Shown here: positions 40,122-51,162 of the stretch, piece after piece
Numbering within the stretch: position 1 is the stretch's first letter
Layout: every line of letters begins with the position of its first letter
Source of the DNA: Octopus sinensis
Lineage: Eukaryota
NCBI RefSeq assembly: GCF_006345805.1
Contig: NC_043009.1
Location: 48,360,001-48,424,000 of the forward strand
DNA: 64,000 nucleotides
Direction: 5' to 3'
Notes under the pieces: model-generated
The model's input: only the letters and a program-made list of their open reading frames with translations
Told to the model about the DNA's origin: nothing
The model's database searches: none
Translations under genes and position numbers: made by a program

Positions 40122-40730
40122 AATAATAATCCTTTCTATTATAAGCACAAGGCCTGAAATTTTGTGGGAGGGAATTAGAGGACTACATCGACCGCAGCAT
40201 TTCACTGGTACTTAATTTATCGACCCCGAAATGATGAAAGGCAGTCGACCTCGGCGGAATTTGAACTCAGAACGTAAAGACAGATGAAATACCTATTTCT
40301 TTACTACCCACAAGGGGCTAAACACAGAGAAGACAAACAAGGACAAACGAATTAAGTCGATTATATCGACCCCGAAAGGATGAAAGGCAAGACAACCTCG
40401 GCGGAATTTGAAATCTGAATGTAACAGCAAACGAAATACGACTTCGAATTTTGCCCGGCGTGCTAACGTTTCTGCCAGCTCGCCGCCTTTAAAATGAAGT
40501 GGAATATAGTATAGGTAGGAATACATATCTCTTTACTACCCGCAGGGGGCTAAACACAGAGGGGACAAACAAGGAAAGACAAAGGGATTAAGTCGATTAC
40601 ATCGACCCCAGTGCGTATCTGGTACTTATCTAACCGACCCTGAAAGGATGAAAGGCAAAGTCGACCTCGGTGGAATTTGAACTCAGAACGTAGCGGCAGA
40701 CAAAACACCGCTAAGCATTTTGTCCGGCGC
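40122..40730 (-). repeat. Cluster of SINE family B copies with 184-bp-type units
   Basis: Two heads (ending about 40487 and 40730) and repeated tttctttactacccacaaggggctaaacacagag segments. Confidence 0.88.
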
Positions 40731-41467
40731 GAATAATAGTGCGAAATACAATCTATTAATTATAGAAAATTTTCATTTCTTTATTTTTCCTTTTCTTTAT
40801 TTATATTTATGGCATTTGCCTCATCCAAATTTCTGACTAATGAAAACCCTTCATCTGTTCTGATTCCATTTATAAAGAATGCCATATGCCAACACAAACC
40901 TAAAATTATATCAATACAAAATTTCAAGGAAAACAGTTTGCATGTTTACGCTAAATTTTTGTAATTGTAATCGGTTGTACGGCTGTTTTCTGTTTCCTCC
41001 AAGTTGGATTGACTGAGTTTCTTCGGGACGACTCGAATTTCTACCGGCGTACATCGTTCATACATATATATGCATATACATATACAAATATATATGTGTT
41101 TGTGGGTGTATATATATATATATACATATGCCATAACACAGACAATTGTTTATACCAAGAATGAAAACATAGTCAGCAGGAAACTATAGACCGTCTGCTT
41201 GCTTAAACATAACGTAACCAGCTTTACGTAAATTGTTTAAAAAGACATCCCACTTAACACTGTCCCAAACCAGATGGTATTCGCTTATGCGGTGACGGGT
41301 GGGGTATCCAATGAAGAATATTAATGAAGGAAAATTAATGAAGAAACCATCGCAGAAACCTTTGGAGAAAAATGGTTTGATTACAACCAGAATAGTAAAC
41401 TCTGTAAGTTCATTGATGGCGGCTTGGATCGTTATACAAAACTAATTGGTTAATGTTGACACAGTAA

Positions 41468-41690
41468 AGGCGGTGAGCTTGTAGACTCGTTAGCGCCCCG
41501 GGCAAAATGCTTATCAGTATTTCGTTACTGTTTACATATGAGTTCAAATTCTGTGGAGGTCAGCTTTGCCTTTCATCCTTTCGGTGCTGATAAAATATAT
41601 ACCAGCTGATCATTGGAGGGTCGATGTGATCTAATTACCACGTCCTCCGAAATTGCTAGTCTTGTACCAAAATTTGAAATCAATTTTGAC
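41468..41690 (+). mobile_element. SINE family B copy, decayed
   Basis: aaggcggtgagcttgtagactcgttagcgccccgggcaaaatgc...gagttcaaattc...tttgcctttcatcctttcgg. Confidence 0.8.
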
Positions 41691-41829
41691 ACAATGGTAA
41701 TCTTTTAACTTCTTCTTTGGGTTTTCAATTTTTCGTAGGAGCTCCCCCTTCAGACACGACACTTTTGGGTATGTAAATCCTTGTGCTTACGTTCTCTCTC
41801 CTAGACTGGCCGAAGCTGCGTCCATATAT

Positions 41830-42900
41830 AATATGGACTCCCCCGTCGGTTTCGACGTATGAGGCTCCGACAACGTACTCTTTGTCAGTCATAATGATTA
41901 TGTTGAACGTGACATTTAAGACCGCTCCAACGATTTTCAAAGAAGGCTACAAGTGTTTCAAGTTTGAAGAAGATTATAGGTCAGTGCAGGTGGTATATTT
42001 GCAGCCGCTTTTCCTTTGTCTTGCACCCTGAAGCCTGTTAATGCTGGTTGCAACAAAGTTTTTAATACCATTTTGACAAACGATCTCCATTTTGTTCATT
42101 CAAAGGATGTTCACTCAAAGGTGATGTGAGCTATCTTCATTTCTAAGAGGTTTATCTTCAGCTTGTCCTTATAGCTGAGCCACGACCGACCAACATTCTT
42201 GTGTCCACTCTCAAGCTGGCTGTACATGAGAACTTTAGGTATTCTCTCGTCACTCATTCTTACAACATGGCCAGCGCGGCGCAGTTGTGATTGTACAAGG
42301 AAGTTCTCAATTCCACCAATCTTGCACTTGCTAAACAAGTCGGCATTAGAAATTTTGTCTTTCAGTGAATAACCGCAGATTGTCCTCAGACAGTCTTTGT
42401 GGAAGATGTCTAATTGGTTAATGTGTCGTCTATAGGGCATATACGATTCACAGCCACACAAAAGATTAGTAAGAATGGCTGCTTATAGACTTGTATTTTG
42501 ATGTCAAGTTTGATGCCCCTTTCATTCCATAGGCGATGACAGGGTTTGCCAAATGCGTTGGTTGCCTGCAAAACGGTTGACGATTTCATCATCAAGGGAA
42601 ACGCTCAAATTCACTTTACTACCAATATATGTAAATGACATAATTTAGGCTTTCCCCATCAACCTGTATAGGAGCGTCAGAAAAATTGTGAACCGGGGAC
42701 ATCTGCTTGGCACCTCGAATGTGTTTAGTAGTAGGGCCAGCTTGGTGGATTACTTCCGTTTTCTTTATGAGGAAGGTCAAACCAAAGGTTTTACATGCAT
42801 CAGAAAACCGTCTTGACGTTCCTGAGCTTCCTCTAAATATGTATATCATACTTATCAAATTTGTAATGCTGAGAAGCAAAGCGGACTTCGATGCGAATTT
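41830..42900 (-). mobile_element. RTE (BovB-like) LINE, 5'-truncated and decayed; RT C-terminal region
   Basis: Minus strand: RFSDACKTFGLTFLIKKTEVIHQ...IQVDGESLNYV, NAFGKPCHRLWNERGIKLDIKIQVYK, GCESYMPYRRHINQLDIFHKDCLRTICG..LKDKISN...QSQLRRAGHVVRMSDERIPKVLMYSQL...YKDKLKINL. Several frameshifts; 3' limit approximate. Confidence 0.92.
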
Positions 42901-43479
42901 TTACTAAGAACGGATAGAACTGGAACAAATCCTTTATATTAGACTGTCTAACGACTCTAGCAACTCGTCACATTTATTTACAGCATTCAATATTGCAAAT
43001 TAAAGGCTCGCCATGAGATGGAAAATATTCTTTTAAACGATCTATTTCGATTGTCTTCTAGAAAATAGAATTTTCATATAGAATATGTCTGGAGGAAATT
43101 TCCTTATGTGCAGTTCGTTAGATTGGACTGTCACTACTTAAAGAATAAACTCCTGTTGTAACATGTTTAGGCTTACAGCAGAGTTAAACAGCAATGTCAG
43201 TAGTAATTACTTTGTCACCAATCTAAATATCTCCGTTGAAATAGTTACCTGACTGTGAAACATCTGGATATAATAACATTTTCGCCTGACATATGGATAG
43301 AACATGGTCAAAAGAAAGGTATCGACTTAATATATGCCGATCACCAGAAAAAACTTACAGCTTTCAATACTGATATATACATTACATACATACACATACA
43401 TACATACATACATATATACATACATACATGCATATATACTTACATGCATACATACTTACATACATACATACATACATAC

Positions 43480-43510
<31 letters not shown>

Positions 43511-44132
43511 CCTACATACATACATACATACACATATACATACATACACATATGTGTTTGTGTGTGTGTATGTATGTATGTATGTATAAATGTACATGCA
43601 TGCACAAATATATATCTGTCGATCATATGAATTAATAATTTGCATAATGCAACATTTATATTGAACAACATGACTCTATACATCTTTTGCCAAAACACTG
43701 ATGCAGTGACCTGGTAACACAGAAAATTCATAAAAGACACTATCTCAGGAAAAATACACTAGTAACTATCTAACGACAGTATTTATGCATTAAGTATGAT
43801 ACATAATTGACTATTTTAATTAAAAACTGTCTCACTTGCGTCTTAAATCAGCCTGGCAGCTATTCACAGCAACGGGGAATGTTTTATTCACTTTTTCCTA
43901 ATTCATAGATGAAGAATTATTGTCTGAGCATGTGACTGGCTGCGAGTATGCGCTGATATTGTTTTTTAACACAAGTCCATACGAGATGTTAACCCTCGAC
44001 AAATACTACAGTGATTGGTCTATTGACAATGATAATGCGTTGCGTGTGATACATATATAGACACACACAAACACACACACATATTAATACTATTTCTTTC
44101 CTCCTTTAATGAATAAATTACGTTACTACTTA

Positions 44133-44395
44133 AAAAAATAATAAATGCGCCCTTTTAAATTCTAGCCAGGTTCATGGGTCCGGTTTCCCGGTTTTAGTGG
44201 CATATATGTTCCCTAGCTGGTCGGGACGCCAGTCCATCGCAGCTTTACTCATTTTTGCCAGCTGAGTGAACTGGAGCAACGTGAAATGAAGTGTTTTGCT
44301 CAAGAACACAACGCGTCACCCGGTCCAGGAATCGAAACCAAAATCTTGCGGTCATGATGCTGACACCCTAACCATTAAGCCACGCGCCTCCACGA
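44133..44395 (-). mobile_element. tRNA-headed SINE family C, full length, 11-bp target-site duplication
   Basis: gttactactta at 44122-44132 and 44396-44406; matches 54021-54297. Confidence 0.92.
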
Positions 44396-44756
44396 GTTAC
44401 TACTTACTTAATGATAAAGAATGCCTTTCAAAATGGTGTTGCGTAGGAAAGATTCTCAAATAATACAACATCAAGAATATATGGCACTATATGGAGTTTA
44501 CTTATTAAGTGTTATAGAATCTACTTACCGTATTATTGCTGATACAAACCATAGGGTTATTTGAACCAGTTTTATTATTTTTCCATAATAAAATCTCTCC
44601 AAGATAAAATAGAACCTTCACTCAGATACGTATTAGTGGTAGACTCAAGTTTCGGAAAAAAAAACAAGAGGAAAACTCAATAGCCATTTGTGCATGACGT
44701 ATAGTTTCGGTGTGACTGTACCTCCAAAACATGAACATCAATATCATACATAATTA

Positions 44757-44971
44757 AGGCGGCGCGCTGGCAGAAACGTTAGCACGACGGGCGAAATGCT
44801 TAGCGGTGTTTCGTCTGTCTTTACGTTCTGAGTTCAAACTCCGCCGCGGTTGACTTTTCCTTTCATCCTTTCGGGGTCGATAAATTAAGTACCAGTTGCG
44901 TCCTGAAGTCGATGTAATCGACTGGGCCCTCTACCCCAAAATCTCGGGTCTTGTGCCTAGAGTAGAAAAGT
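44757..44971 (+). mobile_element. SINE family B, full length, 16-bp target-site duplication
   Basis: atatcatacataatta at 44741-44756 and 44972-44987. Confidence 0.95.
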
Positions 44972-45059
44972 ATATCATACATAATTACTTATAATATTAA
45001 AACAGTATGTACTGTGATTCAAAAATTATTGAGTAATTTTTGATTTAATATGGCTACAA

Positions 45060-45263
45060 ATTTTGGAGCAAGCCAGTAATTTCGAGGAAGGGGATAATTC
45101 AATTACATCGACATCAGTAATCAACTGATACTTATTTTATCGATCCCGAAAGGATAAAATGCAAAGTCGATCTCCGCTTAATTTGGATTCAGAACATAAA
45201 GACAGGGGAAGTGCCGCTAAGCATTTTTTATCGGCATGCTAACGATTGTGCCAGCTTGCCGAC
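45060..45263 (-). mobile_element. SINE family B copy, decayed
   Basis: tcgatcccgaaaggataaaatgcaaagtcga...gcatgctaacgattgtgccagcttgccg. Confidence 0.8.
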
Positions 45264-45294
45264 CTAATTGTTTATATAGTAGGCGACCATAAAG

Positions 45295-45500
45295 CGGGGA
45301 GCCGGCAGAATTTTTACTAAGCTGGGCAAAATGTTAAGCGTCATTTCATCTGTCTTTACGTTCTGAGTTCAAATCCTACAGAGGTCGTCTTTGGCTTCCC
45401 TCCTTTCGGGGGTCGATAAAATAAGTACCAGTTGAACACCGGGGTCGATGTGATCGACTTATCCCCTCCACAAAGATTGCTAGTCTTGTGTCAAATAAAA
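45295..45500 (+). mobile_element. SINE family B copy, decayed
   Basis: gcggggagccggcagaa...tctttacgttctgagttcaaatcc...ggtcgataaaataagtaccagttg. Confidence 0.8.
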
Positions 45501-46833
45501 GAAATATAATATCCGACTTGGGCTACTGAAGGGATACGATTATATTGTCTTCTATATAGCCACAAGGCCAGAAACTTCGGATAAGTGAAGTAGTCGGTTA
45601 TATCAGCGCCATTATTTGACTGTTTAATATATTGACTTCGGAAGAGCGGAAGATAAATCTGCCATCATAGCGATTTGGAATCAGCACGTAAATTGTTGGA
45701 GCGGATAATATAAGAGCTTTATTTCAACGCATTTACAGACCTGTCAATCCGTCACCCTTTACAAGATCTTGTTCTGTTAACAGAATTTTCAAAAGCAAAG
45801 CATTCTACAAAAGAAATTATGTTCGGATATTTTAGTTAGTAAACGGAGAATGATACCAACATTACGTGGAAATGTAACCCCTCTGGATTTGATGATTCCT
45901 ACATCACGTGATAGTTTGAAAGTTAACTGAGGAGAAACAGATGACAAACAAAATTATCTGATGGAAACAAGTGATAGGGAAACCTTTAAGCTATTAACGA
46001 AGTTCTACTGATAGCATCAGCTTTGTGATATTTACTTGGGGATATCGCAGCTGGTTCCAATGTCACTACTTCAGTAAGCTTCTATACGGTACTGTGTCTT
46101 TATTCAAACAATACACTTTGCCTTCAGTAGGAAAAACTGCTTTAGGGTAATTATAACACATACTATTGAAGTTCAGTAAATTCACATTTTTAACACAAGA
46201 AATATTGGTGGAACATTGCCATCGTAAACTACGCCAAAATAAAAATGTAACAGGCTCGGCGTCGTTGTCTGAGATATAAAAACTAATTCGTGTGCAACGG
46301 TAGAGTTCAGATGCCTCGGCTGATAAAAGAATTTCAGTCAAAATCGATGAGAGAAAAAAAATATAAAGAAACTACTGTTTTGAAACGTACAACGGCTGTA
46401 GGTCAATTATAAATTTAGGTTTGTGTCGATAAATTATTGGCACACTTGGTTAAGTTAACGAAATGTTTAAGTAATAATGTTTACAAGTAGTTATTTGAGA
46501 TAGAAATAGAAAGAATTGTAAAGCAATCATGAAATATATATAATGTATATAGACGCAGGGCTGGTTACGTAGTTAAAAAAACTTGTTTCCCAACCGTCTA
46601 GTCTCGGGTTCAGTCTGGTTGTACGGCACCTCGGGTATTTGCCTTTTACAACAAAGCCTTGTGTACATATTTGGTAGATGGAGAATGAAAGAAACCCATT
46701 GCATCTATCTACATATCTTTGTGTGCATCTTTCTGTATATATATCTATATCTATAATATATCTGTATATAATTATATATATATATTATATATATATAATA
46801 TATATATATATATTATATATATATATATATATA

Positions 46834-47228
46834 CTAGCAGTATCGCCCGGCGTTGCTCGGGTTTGTAAGGGAAATAATTATATAAGCATTTTTAGAGATG
46901 TAAAGTATAATAGCCATCTCAATATGGCTAACCACAAAGGGGGAGGGGTGTTACTGTAGCTTTTTACGTTCTGAGATTTAATAATAAATTTTAGAGAGTT
47001 ACTTCCCTTATATATGTCAAAAATGGATTAAAAATGGGAAAAATTGATGGTAAATTTTTTTTTAAATCGTAGACTCATCGTAGACGCGCGCTAATACCCA
47101 GACGGTCTCGATATGAATCACGACTATAAGATACCCGGTTTTGGTTAAACTGCACCGCAAAATGTGGGAGTAGTTAGGAATCTAAATCGTAGGAGACAGA
47201 CACACAACCTCACTTTTATATATAAAGA
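46834..47228 (-). mobile_element. Non-autonomous Helitron
   Basis: Minus strand begins TC (47228-27), ends CTAG (46837-34) with the subterminal hairpin cccgagc-aac-gccggg 8 nt before CTAG, inserted between A and T with no TSD. Confidence 0.85.
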
Positions 47229-47394
47229 TTTCCTCTATTTACATAATATTGAGGTCTCTTTCTTTCTTTTGTTATCTTACTGTTTTTACCAATATACATA
47301 TATATATATATATATAAAAATATATATATAGTTACAGAGATGTACTTGCATAGCAAGTGACTTGATCTGAGATCGTGTGCTGGAACGAAAACAG

Positions 47395-47653
47395 TTGCAG
47401 CGTTGAAGGTGTTTATAAGCCATTTAAGAAACACACAAAAACCGTTAGATTCACTTCAACATTTAAATTTAATTTGTGAAAATATTTTCGTCGCTTTGAG
47501 ACCGCGACCTGTTAGCACGATATTTTTGTCAGTGAACAGGTCGCGGTCTGAAAGCGACGAAAATATTTTGGCAAATTAAACTTAAATGTTGAAGTGAATG
47601 TAACGGTTTTTGTGTGTTTCTTAAATGGCTTACAAACACCTTCCACGCTGCAA
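47395..47653. repeat. Fold-back repeat, 119-bp inverted arms, 21-nt spacer
   Basis: 47395-47513 is the reverse complement of 47535-47653 with about 8 mismatches by eye. Confidence 0.93.
47525..47575 (+). ncRNA. Minimal hammerhead ribozyme-like motif with G3-C8 swapped core
   Basis: TTTGTCA-GTGAACA-G-GTCGC ggtctgaaa GCGAC-GAAA-ATAT-TT-TGGCAAA. Confidence 0.5.
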
Positions 47654-48015
47654 TATATATATACACACATATATATATATGTATGTATGTATGTGTGTGT
47701 GTATATGTGTATGCATGTATGTGTGTGTGTGTGCGTGTCTGTGCTTGTGATTGTCCTCCACCACTGCTTGACAACGAATGTTGGTTTGTTTACATCCCTG
47801 TCACCTAGTGGTTTGACAAAGGAAACAGATAGAATAGGTACAATGCTTACAAAAATAAAACTGGAGTTGATTCATTAAACTACAATTCTTCAAGGCATTG
47901 CCCCAGCATGGCCACAGACCAATGGCTGGAAAAAGGAAGAATAAAGAATACATTCTCTGCTTTGGTCATATGTTGAAGGCATGAGAAAGCTTGAGTTTAC
48001 ATGAGAAGGCCTAAC

Positions 48016-48388
48016 AGACCTGGTGGTAGAAACAGCAGCCAATCTCCCTCAAATCACACCTTACTGTCTATGTATGTATATATATATGAACCAATGAGGG
48101 GGACCTCTACATGGTAGCTAGACCTGGTAGAAATAGCAGCCAAATTTCCCCCAAATCACACCTTACTGTCTTATCTATGTATATATGTATGTATGAGCCT
48201 ATGAGGAGACCCCTACATGGTAGCTAGACCTGGTAGAAATAGCAGCCAAATTTCCCCCAAATCACACCTTACTGTCTTATCATGTATATATGTATGTATG
48301 AGCCTATGATGGAGACCCCTACAGGGCAGCTAGGACATGGTGAAATAGCAGCCAAATCTCCCTCAAATCACACCTTACTGTCTTATCT
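48016..48388. repeat. Tandem repeat, 4 x 101-106 bp
   Basis: agcagccaaat..ccc.caaatcacaccttactgtct recurs near 48027, 48128, 48234 and 48340. Confidence 0.92.
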
Positions 48389-48399
48389 TTCGCTACTTG

Positions 48400-48906
48400 G
48401 ATATAGGTGTTAATATCGTCGTAACAAAACTTTCCTGTCACACACTCACGCACACGCAACACACACACACACACGCACCCTCACACCCACACACACACAC
48501 GCGCACACCCACACACCCACCCACTCACACACACGCACGTTAGCTTACAATTTTATTTATATATTTGCGTGTCTGTGTGGAAGAGGAAGTGGGAGGCAGA
48601 GTGAAAGAATCACTCACTACAGTAAGTCAATTACTTTCATTTTATTCGTTGCCCACTGTGTGTGTGCGTTTGCGTGTGCTGTAAACCAGACTAAGAAAAG
48701 CATTTGACACCACACCAGAATGTGAGTTTTCTGTAAATTTTTGCTTAACTGGAGTTTAAATTTTAAAAACTGGACCTGGCATGACGCGATGCATTGTACT
48801 CTTAAAAATGCAAGGTAAATTGTAATTGACGAAATCCTATATTGTAGATTTGTATAACTATACTCCCAAAGGGAGGCAGATAAAATCTGCCTTTTATAAT
48901 AAGAGA
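48400..48906 (-). mobile_element. Probable non-autonomous Helitron-like repeat
   Basis: Minus strand starts A|TCtcttattataaaa, like the 5' end of 46834-47228, with hairpin ggcagat-aaa-atctgcc (48875-48891) and internal (CA)n. No clean CTAG 3' end found. Confidence 0.4.
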
Positions 48907-49139
48907 TATATATATAATTTTTAAAGACGATAACAAACGTGAAGGCAAAGCAAACATCTCAAGTCATTTCTATTATTATCAATGGAAAAGAGATTCAAAG
49001 TCTTACAGCTGTTCCTGGGATATTCTGTCGTCGGAGACAATTAGGGAAGATGAGAAGGGTATAGATTAATGAAATGAGGACATAGAGGACAGGAGTAAAG
49101 GAATAAGGAGATGGAGAAAGAGGAGAAAAGAAGCATAAA

Positions 49140-49223
49140 AATTCACAGTTCATCTTTCCGATCTTGTAGAAATAAGTCCATGAGTCATTATTTCTACAAG
49201 ATCGGAAAGTTGAACTGTGAATT
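49140..49223. repeat. Near-perfect hairpin, 36-bp stem, 12-nt loop
   Basis: aattcacagttcatctttccgatcttgtagaaataa / ttatttctacaagatcggaaagttgaactgtgaatt, 35/36 complementary. Confidence 0.95.
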
Positions 49224-49344
49224 CTAAGTCCTTAGGTGCAATCCGAATAAATCCATGTAGGTGAAATTAGTAATCCGTTACAGCACTTACCTAGCGTACC
49301 TAGCTGTTTAGATCACCTGTGAACTAAACCCCCATATTTTGTAT

Positions 49345-49380
<36 letters not shown>

Positions 49381-49381
49381 C

Positions 49382-49427
<46 letters not shown>

Positions 49428-49504
49428 TTGAAATTATGAAAAACGTAAGATGAAGGCAGGTGTATGAACAACAAGCAAGTGTATTAGTTTGAAAATGAAA
49501 AAAA

Positions 49505-49542
49505 GTCTTTTACGTTTCGAGCCTACGCTCTTCAACAGAAAG
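49505..49542 (-). ncRNA. Minimal type I hammerhead ribozyme-like motif (core variant CUGUUGA)
   Basis: Minus strand CTTT-CTGTTGA-A-GAGC gtag GCTC-GAAA-CG-TA-AAAGAC; same family as 23794-23833. Confidence 0.6.
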
Positions 49543-49639
49543 GAATAAGAGAAAATATACAGAGAGAGAATGAATATATATATATTATATAATTATATAT
49601 ATATATGTGTATATATATCTTTGTATGCGTATCTTGTAT

Positions 49640-49830
49640 TTTGTTTTCTTCCTCTGCTTGACAATTAGTGCTGGTTTGTTTATGTCTCTGTAACTTGGTG
49701 GTTCGGCAAAAGAACCGATAGAATAACAACTAGGCTTTAAAACATGACTACTGGGTCGATTTGTTCAACTTCAAGCCGGTTGTCTCACCATGACCGTAGC
49801 CCAATGAAACATGAAAGATATGAAAGATAT
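49640..49830 (+). mobile_element. SINE family A tail, decayed
   Basis: tgcttgacaattagtgctgg...gttcggcaaaagaaccgatagaataa...gggtcgatttgttc. Confidence 0.75.
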
Positions 49831-50039
49831 TGAAAGAACAGTGAAAGTATTAATTTACGTATGATTGAACACAGAGCGCAATGGGATTTAGTAATTAGTG
49901 CAAAACTATCTATCCAATACTCTTTCGATTTATCCAGGTGGAATGGTAAACCAGCTGAATGTTCAACAATTCGTATCTTGTCTCTAGTAGGATTATGTTC
50001 ATGGCTAAAGTATGCAATACTGAAATATTCATATTTCAC

Positions 50040-50266
50040 ACTTATTTCTTTACTATCCACAAGGGGCTAAACACAGAGAGGACAGACAAACGGATTAAGT
50101 CGATTACATCGACCCCAGTGCGTAACTGGTACTTAATTTATCGACCTCGAAAGGATGAAAGGCAAAGTCGAAACTCGGCGGAATTTGAACTCAGAACGCA
50201 ATGGCAGACGAAATAGTGCTAAGCATTTCGCCTGGCGTGCTAACGTTTCTGCCAGCTCACCGCCTT
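50040..50266 (-). mobile_element. SINE family B with the 184-bp-type tail
   Basis: tatttctttactatccacaaggggctaaac...ctgccagctcaccgcc. Confidence 0.9.
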
Positions 50267-50712
50267 ACACTGCCTAACGATCTAACACTTTCGATACAAG
50301 TCCGCCAAAGCCATCTCATCCTTTATTCGCATACCATCTTCGGGTTTTAAAATGATCTAAATTAACAGCCTCCATCACAGTTACATTTTCTATATCCCAG
50401 ACACCAGCTTGATAATAATAGAGTTATTTCACAGAACCCTTTCATGTTTTCAAAATCATTTGAAATAACTGCTGTGTATTTTAACAAATACGGTAACAAA
50501 AGGGAGCTTATAGTCACGCGTAAACGTTGGCGCAAGAGATGTATTTCTGGGTAGAGCTTGGAGACTCTAATGTCAATTTGTCCAACATTTACTGATAACG
50601 TATAAGATGTTATAGGGAACCTGTATGCTAATAGAGTTAACCTATATGCTAATTGACTAAAAAACAGTCTTATACATACATACATACATTCATACATACA
50701 TACATACATACA

Positions 50713-50746
<34 letters not shown>

Positions 50747-51106
50747 CATATATACATACATTCATACCTACATACATACATACATACATACATACATACA
50801 TACATACATACATACATACATACAATCATACGCACGTACATACATACATGGTGTTGTCTACTCCTTATACAGAGTTTGACCACTTCCTCTACCTACACCT
50901 TAGAACCATAATGGCATCTGATGTGGCTTTTTAAACAAGATAATGTTTTGAAAAGACACCCACATAGATTGCATATCCGATTGCATACATAATACATATA
51001 CATACATACATTTATATATACATGCATACGTACATATGTATCTTCCTCAATGTCTGTCTATCTCTCTCCCTGTCTGTACGTAAAATATATATGTATGTAT
51101 GTATAT

Positions 51107-51162
<56 letters not shown>

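Noticed and set aside
41310-41410. Short open frame ending at a good donor (ctct|gtaagt)
   Set aside because: Only about 31 codons, no acceptor or known product; cannot be supported.
46066-46341. 91-aa minus-strand ORF with possible acceptor and donor sites
   Set aside because: No recognisable motif; splice-like words are common in AT-rich DNA.
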